The notes: generated by a model not told the origin, from the letters alone. A stretch of 64,000 nucleotides of DNA from Candidatus Obscuribacteraceae bacterium (GCA_044226015.1 JBGAHS010000002.1:39029-103028), one strand, 5' to 3'. Positions 17,107-26,234 are shown, counted from the stretch's first letter. Numbers and translations: made by a program.

Positions 17107-17802
17107 CTAATTGGATCGTGCTCCCACGATCGATTCTTTCGGACACTCCCAGAGTGCAAGCGTCGCATCAAGAACCTCTTGGGCAGCCTCAGGAATTTGC
17201 TCACCGTGGGTCTCATTCAAATCGTCCAGCATACGCTTCATCCAGATGGCGTGGCGCATATGCGTTCTTGCATGCAAGCGAACCCACTCTAACCCCTGGC
17301 TGATAAGCGCCGGCTCATATTCAGCTGCATGTTTTTCAAAATATTTTTCGCAACTCGGCAAAGCGGCGCGACAATACATCGTCGCGGCCAGTTCGGCGGC
17401 AACTATGGAATGAATGCCCTCTGCAAAAGTCTTCCGGGTGCACATTTCAGTCATCACATCGCAAAGGTTCTTAGTCACAGGGCCCACCGGCGCTGCTTCG
17501 ACCTCTTCTAAAGTGACGCCAGCAAGAGGAAATTGGTGCAAGAAAAGACCCTGATATTTACTTTCGTCATCGCTGAGACGATTCAGAAGCTGAGAAGCTG
17601 CGCTCATTTCAGGTGGCAAGGCATCCCTTACAGTACGAATGTTCTGTGGCAGCTCTTTCATAAAAGGCCAGAGGACGAAGATTATTTTTCGTCCACGTTC
17701 TCTGAATTTGCCATCAGCCAGGTCGATAAACCAGGGACTGACCGAGCAGCCCCAGCTTAGTCTTTCTATCAAAACTGGCATCCAACCTGGCAGAGACCCC
17801 AT
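17107..17802 (-). CDS. heme-oxygenase-like fold protein (TenA/PqqC/CADD-type, possible diiron enzyme)
   Basis: 231-aa all-helical ORF. C-terminal LHARTHMRHAIWMKRM gives H-x3-H-x2-H, in the position of the H-x3-D-x2-H metal-ligand helix of CADD-like proteins. An AAELAATMY helix is also present. Divergent from the GH3 operon. Confidence 0.5.
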   Translation of the reverse strand: MGSLPGWMPVLIERLSWGCSVSPWFIDLADGKFRERGRKIIFVLWPFMKELPQNIRTVRDALPPEMSAASQLLNRLSDDESKYQGLFLHQFPLAGVTLEEVEAAPVGPVTKNLCDVMTEMCTRKTFAEGIHSIVAAELAATMYCRAALPSCEKYFEKHAAEYEPALISQGLEWVRLHARTHMRHAIWMKRMLDDLNETHGEQIPEAAQEVLDATLALWECPKESIVGARSN

Positions 17803-17992
17803 CTAACCCTTTTCTTCCTCGCAACACACACTAAATGCGAAACTCTACTTTACCGCAGAGCAGTTAAGTCATGGCATGGACGAAGCGCATTGCTTAACCC
17901 TTTTCAATGTTTTAAAGAAAGAAAGTTTCGCGAAAGGTTCCTTCGCTTGACCTCTTTTTACAAATTCGGAACCCTGCTTCATCTCGTAGCCT

Positions 17993-18928
17993 TTGCTCTT
18001 TATGCTTTTCGCCACCCTTGATAGAATTCTAAAGATGACAGTAAGCAGGCAAAACAAAACTGAACCATTCGTATCTAACACTTTGACCAGGGTCGAGTCC
18101 GCAGATGGAACAGAAAATTTGATACGCGTTTGGGAAGCCACGGCTCCAGACGCCTTCGTTCTGTACTTACACGGCATTGAAGGTCATAGTTTGTGGTTCG
18201 ATGAGAGTGCGAGTTTTTTAGCTAAGCACGGAATAAGCACCTTCGCGCTTGATCGCCGCGGCTCAGGATGCAGCAAGGAAGCACGCGGTGATGCAAAAGA
18301 TCCTCAGCAACTTCTGAATGATGTGCGGGCGGCGCTTAGATTCGCACGAGAAAAGTCCGCAAGAAAGCCACTCTTCCTGATGGCAAATTGCTGGGGCGCA
18401 AAACTTGCCGCAATTTTAGCGGAGAGGCAAAATCCAGAATCGCAGATGCTAGCAGGGCTGGTACTCAGTTCGCCAGCTATCGAAGTGAAGGTCGACCTTT
18501 CTTTCCAGGAAAAGCTGCAGGTAGCCTGGCGACTCTTGCTCGGCAATCGCGATCCGCTTCCACTGCCGCTAAAGGTTGAAGATTTCACGAACAACCCTGT
18601 TTATTTGAAATACATCGCAGAAGACACAAAGCGCCTGACCACAGCAACTGCTCGATTTTTGTTTTGCACTATGCTCTTGACGAAAATGAGTCAACGCAGC
18701 GCAGAGAAAATAACGCTGCCGACACTTGTGTTGCAATCAGGAATTGACACCATAGTTGATGAGCCTGGCATCAAGAAATGGTTTGAGCGATTGGCTGCAA
18801 GCGATAAAAAATTTGTCTTATATCCTGAGGTGCACCACAGCCTCGACTTTGATGCGAATCCGCATGCCTACAGAGAAACACTGCTTGATTGGCTGCAAGA
18901 GCATTTGAAGGAGCATAAGCAGCCGTGA
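17993..18928 (+). CDS. alpha/beta hydrolase (lysophospholipase/monoacylglycerol-lipase-like) with Cys at the nucleophile elbow
   Basis: FVLYLHGIEGHSLWFDE (HG oxyanion region). The elbow is LMANCWGAK instead of GxSxG (Cys codon 18389-18391). Late Asp (SGIDTIVD) and His (EVHHSLDF). The start may be ATG 18035. Confidence 0.8.
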   Translation: MLFMLFATLDRILKMTVSRQNKTEPFVSNTLTRVESADGTENLIRVWEATAPDAFVLYLHGIEGHSLWFDESASFLAKHGISTFALDRRGSGCSKEARGDAKDPQQLLNDVRAALRFAREKSARKPLFLMANCWGAKLAAILAERQNPESQMLAGLVLSSPAIEVKVDLSFQEKLQVAWRLLLGNRDPLPLPLKVEDFTNNPVYLKYIAEDTKRLTTATARFLFCTMLLTKMSQRSAEKITLPTLVLQSGIDTIVDEPGIKKWFERLAASDKKFVLYPEVHHSLDFDANPHAYRETLLDWLQEHLKEHKQP

Positions 18929-20136
18929 GAATTCGTTCAATTGAAACCTTCAAGATAACTCTTCCTTTTCGCTTCGCGTTTGGACACTCGCTTGCCACGC
19001 GCGCCGAGTCCCGAAATCTGATCGTGAAAGTAACACTTGCCAATGGAATTTGCGGCTATGGCGAGAGCGTACCGAGAGACTATGTCACAGGTGAAACGGT
19101 TGAACAGGCAGAAGATAACGTGCTGCTGAACTATGCACCAGCACTGCAGAAAACGTCATTTGATGACCCCAAAAAGCTTCTGAGCACCCTGAGCGAAACT
19201 TTCTTTTCGATGGGGCTTGATGACAAAATGCAAGGGGCATCATGGTGCGCACTCGAGCTAGCATTCTTAGACGCTTGCAGCAGATTGCACGAGATGCAGC
19301 TTCATCAGCTCATTGGCACCCACAAGCAAGATAAGATTCGCTATGGCGGAACAGTTCCGTTTGGAAAGAAGAAAGCGCTTCAAGCAATTCTGAACTTCTA
19401 TAAGATTTATGGCTTTGAAACTGTCAAACTAAAAGTCGGAGCAGCCAAGCTTGAAGATGACGTGGAGAAAGTGAAGTTGGCTCGCAGCATTCTAGGTGCA
19501 AATCGGAAGATTCGCGTAGATGCAAACTGTGCCTGGACACTGGATGAAGCGCTCAGAGCAGCTGAAGCATTCAGACCATACGGCATTCTTTCCTATGAAC
19601 AACCCCTGCCAGCAAATAAATGGGACGAACTCAAAAAGCTTAGCGAGCAAATTGAAGAAGATGTTTTACTCGATGAGTCTTTATGCACATTGAGGCAAGC
19701 AAGCGAACTAGCTAGCAACAGAATTTGCGATGCGTTCAACGTGCGCGTATCGAAGGCAGGAGGCATCTTTGCTTCGCAGAAAATGATTGATATTGCGTTG
19801 AATGCAAATCTGAAAGTTCACCTCGGGGCACAGGTTGGCGAAAGCGGAATTCTCAGCGCAGCTGCAAGACACTTAGCTTTGACAAACGAGAAAATGGAAA
19901 ATTATGAAGGGTCAGCAAACTTTTTTCTGCTGAAGAAAGACATCTGCAAAGAGAATCTAAATGCTGGACTCGGCGGTTTCGGTGACCTTCGTTTTGCAGC
20001 TAAGACTGGCGGTACCGGAATAAACATAATTGACAAAAATCTGAATTCGATGACTGATTCTTGTGATGAGAGTCAGGCAGATGCGATAACCCCCCGGGTC
20101 CAAAATCAAGGATCCTTGAGCCCAAAAGCGAGGTAA
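18925..20136 (+). CDS. enolase-superfamily enzyme, mandelate racemase/muconate lactonizing (dipeptide or N-acyl-amino-acid epimerase-like)
   Basis: ETVKLKVG, IRVDANCAW, SYEQPL and LLDESL give the K / D-E-D metal-ligand pattern of MR/MLE enzymes. GTG start overlaps the upstream stop (GTGA). Confidence 0.85.
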   Translation: MRIRSIETFKITLPFRFAFGHSLATRAESRNLIVKVTLANGICGYGESVPRDYVTGETVEQAEDNVLLNYAPALQKTSFDDPKKLLSTLSETFFSMGLDDKMQGASWCALELAFLDACSRLHEMQLHQLIGTHKQDKIRYGGTVPFGKKKALQAILNFYKIYGFETVKLKVGAAKLEDDVEKVKLARSILGANRKIRVDANCAWTLDEALRAAEAFRPYGILSYEQPLPANKWDELKKLSEQIEEDVLLDESLCTLRQASELASNRICDAFNVRVSKAGGIFASQKMIDIALNANLKVHLGAQVGESGILSAAARHLALTNEKMENYEGSANFFLLKKDICKENLNAGLGGFGDLRFAAKTGGTGINIIDKNLNSMTDSCDESQADAITPRVQNQGSLSPKAR

Positions 20137-20138
20137 TT

Positions 20139-21830
20139 GTGGCGTTCAATCCTTACATTTTCATAGGGCAGTGTTATCGCGAGTTGACCCATATCAAAAA
20201 GTTCAAACAAGCGCTTTCTCGTCCGAGACAGGCTCAAGAAGAGAAACTGTTGAGCATTATTCGCCAGAACGAAAACACAGACTTTGGCAGGAAGCATCGT
20301 TTCTCTGAGATACGCAACATTCAGGACTTCCAGAGACTGGTGCCTCCAAACACTTACGAGACCCTTGAGCCATACATAGAAAAGTCCATGGCGGGAGAGA
20401 GAAATCAGCTTACGACGGAGAAGCCGCTTATGTTTGCCACTACCAGTGGCACCACAGGCAAGCCCAAATACATTCCCATAACTCCAACACACCTGAAGGA
20501 CTACACCCACGCGTTTCACATTCACAACTGGGGAATGATTAAAGACAACCCTGAAGCGGTGCACCACCCAGGCGGACGTTACCTCATCTTCAATTCAAAT
20601 GACGAAGAAGGTTTCACTAAAGATGGTACTCCATTTGGTGCCGTCTCTGGCTTGCTTCGCCGCAAACAATCTCCTCTTGTTCAGCGCTACATCGCACTGC
20701 CTTCACTGGTTAGCAGAATCAAAGACGTCGAATCAAAGTACTACACGATTTTAAGACTTTCACTGGTTCAAGACATTATCGCTATTACGAGTTGCAACCC
20801 GTCAACACTTCTTCTGCTGGCAGATCAGTTGCAAGAACACGCGGCAAGCTTGATAAAAGATATCAATGACGGAACCCTGGCAAAATTCGTGAAACCGGGC
20901 GCAGATGTTGCCCAGGAATTGAGTACTTACTTGAAAGCTGACCCGGCGTGCGCAAAGCGGCTGTCTTCAATTCTAGAGAAAAAAGGCGAATTACTTCCAA
21001 GCGAAGCATGGCCAAACTTAAGAATAATAAGCGTCTGGAAGGGTGGTCCGATGCCTTTCTATCTCAAGAAGCTTCCAGAAAAATTTGGCAACATTCCATT
21101 TAGAGACTTTGGCTATATGGCCAGTGAAGGCAGAGGCACCATTCCACTGAAAGACGACGGAGCAGGTGGCGTGGCAGCTTTAACTTCTCACTTCTTTGAA
21201 TTTGTGCCGGAAGAAGACGAAGGAAAAGAAGAAAGACGTTTTCTCACCTTAGACCAGCTCGAATTGGGCAAACGCTATTTCATTCATTTCACAACCGCAG
21301 CGGGACTTTACAGATACAACATCAATGACTTGATGGAGGTCGTAGGCTTTGAGGAAAAGACTCCAATCCTTCAATTTGTTCAAAAAGGAATGGGCATTAG
21401 TTCCATCACTGGCGAAAAATTGACTGAAGAACAAGTCTCTGTCGCCTTGCAGTATGCAATCAGACAGCACAGCCTGGACCAGATTGATCATTTCATACTG
21501 GCAGTCGAGTTGGCTGACGTTCCGTATTACAAAGGATACGTTGAGAACTCTGGAGAGCTGCCTGAGTCTGTGCTCAGCGCCATGGCTCGAACAATCGACC
21601 TTTCTCTACAATTACAGAATATAGAGTACAAGGACAAACGCGAGTCCATGCGCCTTGCTCCTATTCAGTTAGTCGAGGTTCCGCGCGGAACTTTCAAACG
21701 ACTCAGACAGCAGCGAGTTCATGATGGCGCACCAGAAGCTCAAGTAAAGATACCGTTTCTTACAAACAACAGCAGATTCAGCCAAGATATTGCTAAACTG
21801 ACGAACGCAGAACTTGCACTACAGGTCTAG
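20139..21830 (+). CDS. GH3-family acyl-acid amido synthetase-like adenylating enzyme
   Basis: N-terminal FGRKHRFSEIRNIQDFQRLVPPNTYETLEPYIEK and ATTSGTTGKPKYIPIT, plus C-terminal YRYNINDLMEV, which are GH3 hallmarks. GAGGT lies 6 nt before GTG 20139, 2 nt after the upstream stop. Confidence 0.85.
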   Translation: MAFNPYIFIGQCYRELTHIKKFKQALSRPRQAQEEKLLSIIRQNENTDFGRKHRFSEIRNIQDFQRLVPPNTYETLEPYIEKSMAGERNQLTTEKPLMFATTSGTTGKPKYIPITPTHLKDYTHAFHIHNWGMIKDNPEAVHHPGGRYLIFNSNDEEGFTKDGTPFGAVSGLLRRKQSPLVQRYIALPSLVSRIKDVESKYYTILRLSLVQDIIAITSCNPSTLLLLADQLQEHAASLIKDINDGTLAKFVKPGADVAQELSTYLKADPACAKRLSSILEKKGELLPSEAWPNLRIISVWKGGPMPFYLKKLPEKFGNIPFRDFGYMASEGRGTIPLKDDGAGGVAALTSHFFEFVPEEDEGKEERRFLTLDQLELGKRYFIHFTTAAGLYRYNINDLMEVVGFEEKTPILQFVQKGMGISSITGEKLTEEQVSVALQYAIRQHSLDQIDHFILAVELADVPYYKGYVENSGELPESVLSAMARTIDLSLQLQNIEYKDKRESMRLAPIQLVEVPRGTFKRLRQQRVHDGAPEAQVKIPFLTNNSRFSQDIAKLTNAELALQV

Positions 21831-21837
21831 GAAAGAA

Positions 21838-22881
21838 ATGCAAACACAAAAGGTTCTTGTAACCGGCGCAAGCGGGATGGTTGGCTATCACACGGTGAAA
21901 GGGCTGCTCAGCCAGGGGCATGAAGTCACAGCTCTGATTAGACCCTCGAGCAACGATAGTGAGCTAAAAAATCTCAAAGGAAACCTGTGGATTAAGAGAG
22001 CGGAGCTCAATGATGAAAACGCGTTGCGTCTCGCGCTGAAAGACAGCGACATCGTAATTCATGCCGCAGGCATGGTAGACCCACATGCGAAGCGCGAGCA
22101 AATCTTCGAAGTAAATGTTGAGTGCACAAAGACCCTTCTTTCTCTGGCTGACGCCGCCAATGTCAAGCATTTCATTCATATTAGCAGCCTCTCAGTAATC
22201 ACGGGACAGGGCGATTTGCACGGCGCAAGCGAGGACATGCCGCTGGTATATTGCGGCGAATCTTACGCAGACTCCAAAGTTGATGCAGAAAAAGCAGTAA
22301 CCATGTTTTTCGGTCGTGGCAGTATGATGGTCAGCATTCTGCGACCGGGTTTCATTTATGGCCCCATGGAAAAAGCATGGATGCCGCGCCTCATCGAAAA
22401 CTTGCGCACAAGAAAAGCGATGCTTATTGATGGCGGAATTAAGCAAACCAACGTTATTTACGTCGACAATCTATTCTCCGCAATAAGCCTGTCAATGCTA
22501 AACCCCAAAGCGGATAAGCAAGTTTTCAATCTCACAGATGGTGAGATTGTGACAAAGAAGGAGCTTTTCGATGCCATTTGTGATGGCATGGGTTTCAAAA
22601 GAATCAACAAAGAAGTTCCGGGTTGGCTCGCTAAGGCTGCCTGTGAGGTGGTTTCATGCATCGCCCCTTATCTTCCAGAAGATTCGAGAAAAGGACTTTC
22701 ACGTTTTTCAAGAGCCGCATTCAGGCTGGCTGGCGTCAATCAAGGCTTCGACATCAGCAAAGCAGAACGCGTTCTCGGCTATACCCAACGAATTCCATTT
22801 GGTGAAGGTATGCGCGTGACAGTTGAGTACTTTAAGAAGAACACAGCCGCGAGCAATCGCGATAAAGCAGCTGTAAAATAA
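21838..22881 (+). CDS. NAD-dependent epimerase/dehydratase (extended SDR, 3-beta-HSD-like)
   Basis: KVLVTGASGMVGYH Rossmann motif and YADSK catalytic YxxxK. ATG 21838 lies 7 nt after the GH3 stop. The ORF-track start 21814 overlaps GH3 and is less likely. Confidence 0.85.
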   Translation: MQTQKVLVTGASGMVGYHTVKGLLSQGHEVTALIRPSSNDSELKNLKGNLWIKRAELNDENALRLALKDSDIVIHAAGMVDPHAKREQIFEVNVECTKTLLSLADAANVKHFIHISSLSVITGQGDLHGASEDMPLVYCGESYADSKVDAEKAVTMFFGRGSMMVSILRPGFIYGPMEKAWMPRLIENLRTRKAMLIDGGIKQTNVIYVDNLFSAISLSMLNPKADKQVFNLTDGEIVTKKELFDAICDGMGFKRINKEVPGWLAKAACEVVSCIAPYLPEDSRKGLSRFSRAAFRLAGVNQGFDISKAERVLGYTQRIPFGEGMRVTVEYFKKNTAASNRDKAAVK

Positions 22882-22912
22882 GCAGACCAAGAACTCACGC
22901 GGAGTTAAAAAG

Positions 22913-23215
22913 ATGTCGGTTCTTCAACCTGTCGCAGACTTTGTGGTCGATTACATCGGTCGCCACAAGCATCCGGTTAACGCGTTCTTACACATCTTCG
23001 GCGTGCCCATGGTTTTCTATGGTGTCTACAAGCTCTTTTGTGGGGAAAGTGAGCTTGCAATGGCTTGGACTCTAATAGTGTTTGGCTATGTGCTTCAATA
23101 TCTGGGTCACAAGGCACAAGGCAACGAAGTGGGCGAGGTCACCCTCATCAAGAAAATTTGGAAAAAACTGGCGAAGAAAAATTCCGGCATAGAAGAGAGC
23201 GGCGCAAATGAGTGA
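22913..23215 (+). CDS. DUF962 / Mpo1-like small membrane protein
   Basis: YIGRHKHPVNAFLHIFGVPMVFYGV and LQYLGHKAQGNEVGE match the His-rich DUF962 (yeast Mpo1-like) pattern. 100 aa with two TM segments. Confidence 0.65.
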   Translation: MSVLQPVADFVVDYIGRHKHPVNAFLHIFGVPMVFYGVYKLFCGESELAMAWTLIVFGYVLQYLGHKAQGNEVGEVTLIKKIWKKLAKKNSGIEESGANE

Positions 23216-24131
23216 ACAAAATCAGATCATCGCAGTGGACGGAGCTAGTGGATATGTCGGCAGCCACCTTATCCACGCTTTATGCAAAAGTGGTGTCCGT
23301 GTTAGAGCAATCGTCCATCCTAAAGCTAACCTTTCGGACTGCCAGTTTCTCTCGGAATGCGGCGCCGAGATTTACAAAACCGACATTGATGCCAATTCGC
23401 CAACTCTGATAGACGCACTGACGGGAGCAAGCACCGTCATACATTTAATTGGAAGCATCGCTCCGAAAAAAGGGCAGAAACTTGAAGAGCTTCATGCAGG
23501 CATAACGCAGCAACTCGTAAAAGCAGCACAAAGCACTAACACTAAGATTTTGATGATTACGGCACTGGGCACATCAGCTGACGCCCTCAGCCAATATCAC
23601 AAGACAAAATGGCAAGCAGAAGAGCTTGTTCGCAAGAGCGGATTGCCCTACACAATTCTTCGACCATCACTGATTTTAGGCAGACAGGTTGGAAGACGTG
23701 ACAGCAAGTTGATGGCACGATATATCGAGCTGATCAAAACAAGACCTAAAGTACCTCTTCTTGGGGGAGGCAAAAATCTACTGCAGCCGGTTTTCATCGG
23801 TGACTTAAGCCGCGCAATTTCAAAGCTTGCATTGAGTCAGGAAATGACTGGAAAGACTCTAGAAATTGGCGGTGCCGAAGTTCTTTCAATGCAAGAACTG
23901 GTGAGCAAGCTGATGGATGCTATCGGCAAACGCAAGCCACTGCAGCCGGTGCCTCCTGCTTTAGCGAATATCTTAGCCAGCGTGTTGGAGCTGGTGCAAT
24001 CAGTTCCGATGGTAAGCAAAGACCAGGTGAAACTATCAACGACTGACAATATTTGCAGTGACAACGCACTGGAAAATCAACTTGCCTTAACACCAACGCC
24101 ATTGGCTAAGGCACTGGCTACTTACAGATAG
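23208..24131 (+). CDS. NAD(P)H-binding atypical SDR (NDUFA9/Ycf39-like)
   Basis: IIAVDGASGYVGSHLIHAL and YHKTKWQAEELVRKSGLPYTILRPSLILG. The start overlaps the upstream stop by 8 nt (ATGAGTGA). Confidence 0.8.
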   Translation: MSEQNQIIAVDGASGYVGSHLIHALCKSGVRVRAIVHPKANLSDCQFLSECGAEIYKTDIDANSPTLIDALTGASTVIHLIGSIAPKKGQKLEELHAGITQQLVKAAQSTNTKILMITALGTSADALSQYHKTKWQAEELVRKSGLPYTILRPSLILGRQVGRRDSKLMARYIELIKTRPKVPLLGGGKNLLQPVFIGDLSRAISKLALSQEMTGKTLEIGGAEVLSMQELVSKLMDAIGKRKPLQPVPPALANILASVLELVQSVPMVSKDQVKLSTTDNICSDNALENQLALTPTPLAKALATYR

Positions 24132-24144
24132 ATTGGAGTCAATT

Positions 24145-25146
24145 GTGCCAGCAGTACTAGTAACAGGGGCAAGCGGATTTCTGGGAGCACGACTGTGCGA
24201 ACGACTTCACGAAATGGGTGTAGAAGTCAAAACATTCGGGCGCCAGGCTGCGCAAACCGAGCGATTAAATCGTCTGGCAATACCGCATGTTCAGGGCGAT
24301 ATCTGCGATCTTGACTCATTCAAAAAAGCACTGGTTGACGTAGGCGCTGTTTTCCACCTTGCAGGACTGGTTTCTTATCGCCGATGCGACTATGACTTGC
24401 TCTATAAAATAAATGTTTTAGGGACACGCAATGTAATGAAAGCCTGCCTTGAAGCAAATGTTCAAAGAGTGATCAACATGGGCTCAATTGCTGGTATGGG
24501 AATTCCTGAGCCAGGCAAGCTTGGAACCGAAGAAATTGAATATAACTTGAAGGGTCACGGGCTGCACTATTGCGATACCAAATTCGAAGCAGAGCAAGAA
24601 GCATTAAGGGTTGCAAAACAAGGACTGAATGTCCTGTCACTTAACCCTGGTATCACATTTGGTGAAGGAGACACGCACCCTCACCACCATACTATTTTCA
24701 GATCAATGCTGAGCGGGTGGTTCATAGGCTATCCCGCCGGTGGAGTTATGTTTTCTGACATTGAAGATGTAGTTTCTACCTGCATCGCTAGCCTCAGCAG
24801 AGGACAGGCCGGGCAGAGATATGTGATCGGAACTGCAAACCTTAGCTTTAAAGAGGCTGGCGATATGTTAGCGACAGTTCTGAATGGACGCAAACCAATT
24901 TTTCAAATACCAGGTTGGCTGGCTGAGTCAGCAGGTGTAGTTTGCGAAACTGTCTTTCCTTTGTTTAAAATGAAACCAGCACTGTCATGGCAGGTTGCCT
25001 GGCTCAGTCAGAGAAAAATCTTCTATAGCTCTGACAAAGCTATTGCTGAACTGGGCTTGAACCAAACGCCATTCATCGAAACGTTACGAAGAACTGCGCC
25101 ATACTACCTGGGACAAAATTCCCAAGTACTTAGCACAGCACATTGA
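24145..25146 (+). CDS. NAD-dependent epimerase/dehydratase (dihydroflavonol-reductase-like extended SDR)
   Basis: VLVTGASGFLGARLCERL and YCDTKFEAE (YxxxK). GGAG lies 6 nt before GTG 24145. The ORF-track start is TTG 24133. Confidence 0.8.
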   Translation: MPAVLVTGASGFLGARLCERLHEMGVEVKTFGRQAAQTERLNRLAIPHVQGDICDLDSFKKALVDVGAVFHLAGLVSYRRCDYDLLYKINVLGTRNVMKACLEANVQRVINMGSIAGMGIPEPGKLGTEEIEYNLKGHGLHYCDTKFEAEQEALRVAKQGLNVLSLNPGITFGEGDTHPHHHTIFRSMLSGWFIGYPAGGVMFSDIEDVVSTCIASLSRGQAGQRYVIGTANLSFKEAGDMLATVLNGRKPIFQIPGWLAESAGVVCETVFPLFKMKPALSWQVAWLSQRKIFYSSDKAIAELGLNQTPFIETLRRTAPYYLGQNSQVLSTAH

Positions 25147-25173
25147 ACAGGAAGGCAAACAACAGGAACTAAC

Positions 25174-26079
25174 ATGCATAAATTGCTACAACATTTATTT
25201 CTTGTTGCCAGCTTACTCATCATCGCTGCAACTCCAGGTCTGGCACAAAACAAGGCCACGGAATTGTCGGTGGGACCAAACGCCAAACTAAAAACCCGTT
25301 TTAGCGTGCCGTTAAATTTGCCAACCCTGTTCAACTACAAAACACGGGCCGAAATTCTAGCGATGCGGAAAAGGGAAATCGACAAGATTCCAGGACTTTT
25401 GAAATCACCTTATGAGCCTTACACACCAATATGGAGTGCAATTGAAGACGGCAAACCCTGGTGGGGATTAGCCGGTGCTGGCATCTTCGACTCTGGAAAA
25501 AGGAGCATGACCGGCCCAGCGGAAGAATCACGCTTCGTCATGAATCCCTATCTATTGGTTGCGGCAAACCCAGGAGCTGGTGGTATTTGGAACCCCGCAG
25601 CATTTACGCCCAAGGAAATGAATGACCCGGCTTTTCCATTTTTCTGGCTGCCAGAATCATTGGAAATTGATCCGACGCGCCCACTTGGAGTAGTGAAATA
25701 CGACATTACAAAATGGCACCAGGACTGCATCGCAACCGGAAAACTCCGAGGAAGAGTTTCCATAAAGCGCTTCAGCCTCGTTGCTTATAACGCCAGAGAT
25801 TTTGGCTACAACTATATTTACTTCAACCCTGAAAAATCCATCAACGTAATCAATGACATACCTACTCACGATGCGGCTTTCATAAAACAGTTCATTCACT
25901 GCGGTGGCACATGTGGATGCCCAACGTCATGTTGCAACAACATGAGTCCATTCATGGATGAAATCGATCGACTCAGAATTACACGCCTGCCAGCAAGAGC
26001 TGTTGTCTATTTATGGAAAGAGAGTCCAGCTGATGTGCAAAAATCGCCCGACATGGTTTTCCTGATCGAGTTCCACTAA
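25174..26079 (+). CDS. secreted hypothetical protein with a C-terminal cysteine cluster
   Basis: Signal peptide MHKLLQHLFLVASLLIIAATPGLA. Cluster HCGGTCGCPTSCCNN. Starts 27 nt after the preceding SDR gene on the same strand. No family recognised. Confidence 0.65.
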   Translation: MHKLLQHLFLVASLLIIAATPGLAQNKATELSVGPNAKLKTRFSVPLNLPTLFNYKTRAEILAMRKREIDKIPGLLKSPYEPYTPIWSAIEDGKPWWGLAGAGIFDSGKRSMTGPAEESRFVMNPYLLVAANPGAGGIWNPAAFTPKEMNDPAFPFFWLPESLEIDPTRPLGVVKYDITKWHQDCIATGKLRGRVSIKRFSLVAYNARDFGYNYIYFNPEKSINVINDIPTHDAAFIKQFIHCGGTCGCPTSCCNNMSPFMDEIDRLRITRLPARAVVYLWKESPADVQKSPDMVFLIEFH

Positions 26080-26234
26080 GATGACACCAAATATGGTGCG
26101 CTATCATTCGGTTCGCTTACGCCGATAATTAGTTACGAATAGTTCTTTGCAATCATTAAAGCTTAGCTGGAAGTTTTGGCGCATATAGCCAACAGGTGAG
26201 ACAATAGATATTCGGGGATATGCAGGCATGATGC

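Noticed and set aside
20106-20567. 153-aa minus-strand ORF
   Set aside because: It is antisense to the well-supported GH3 gene and to the end of the enolase-family gene. No motifs.
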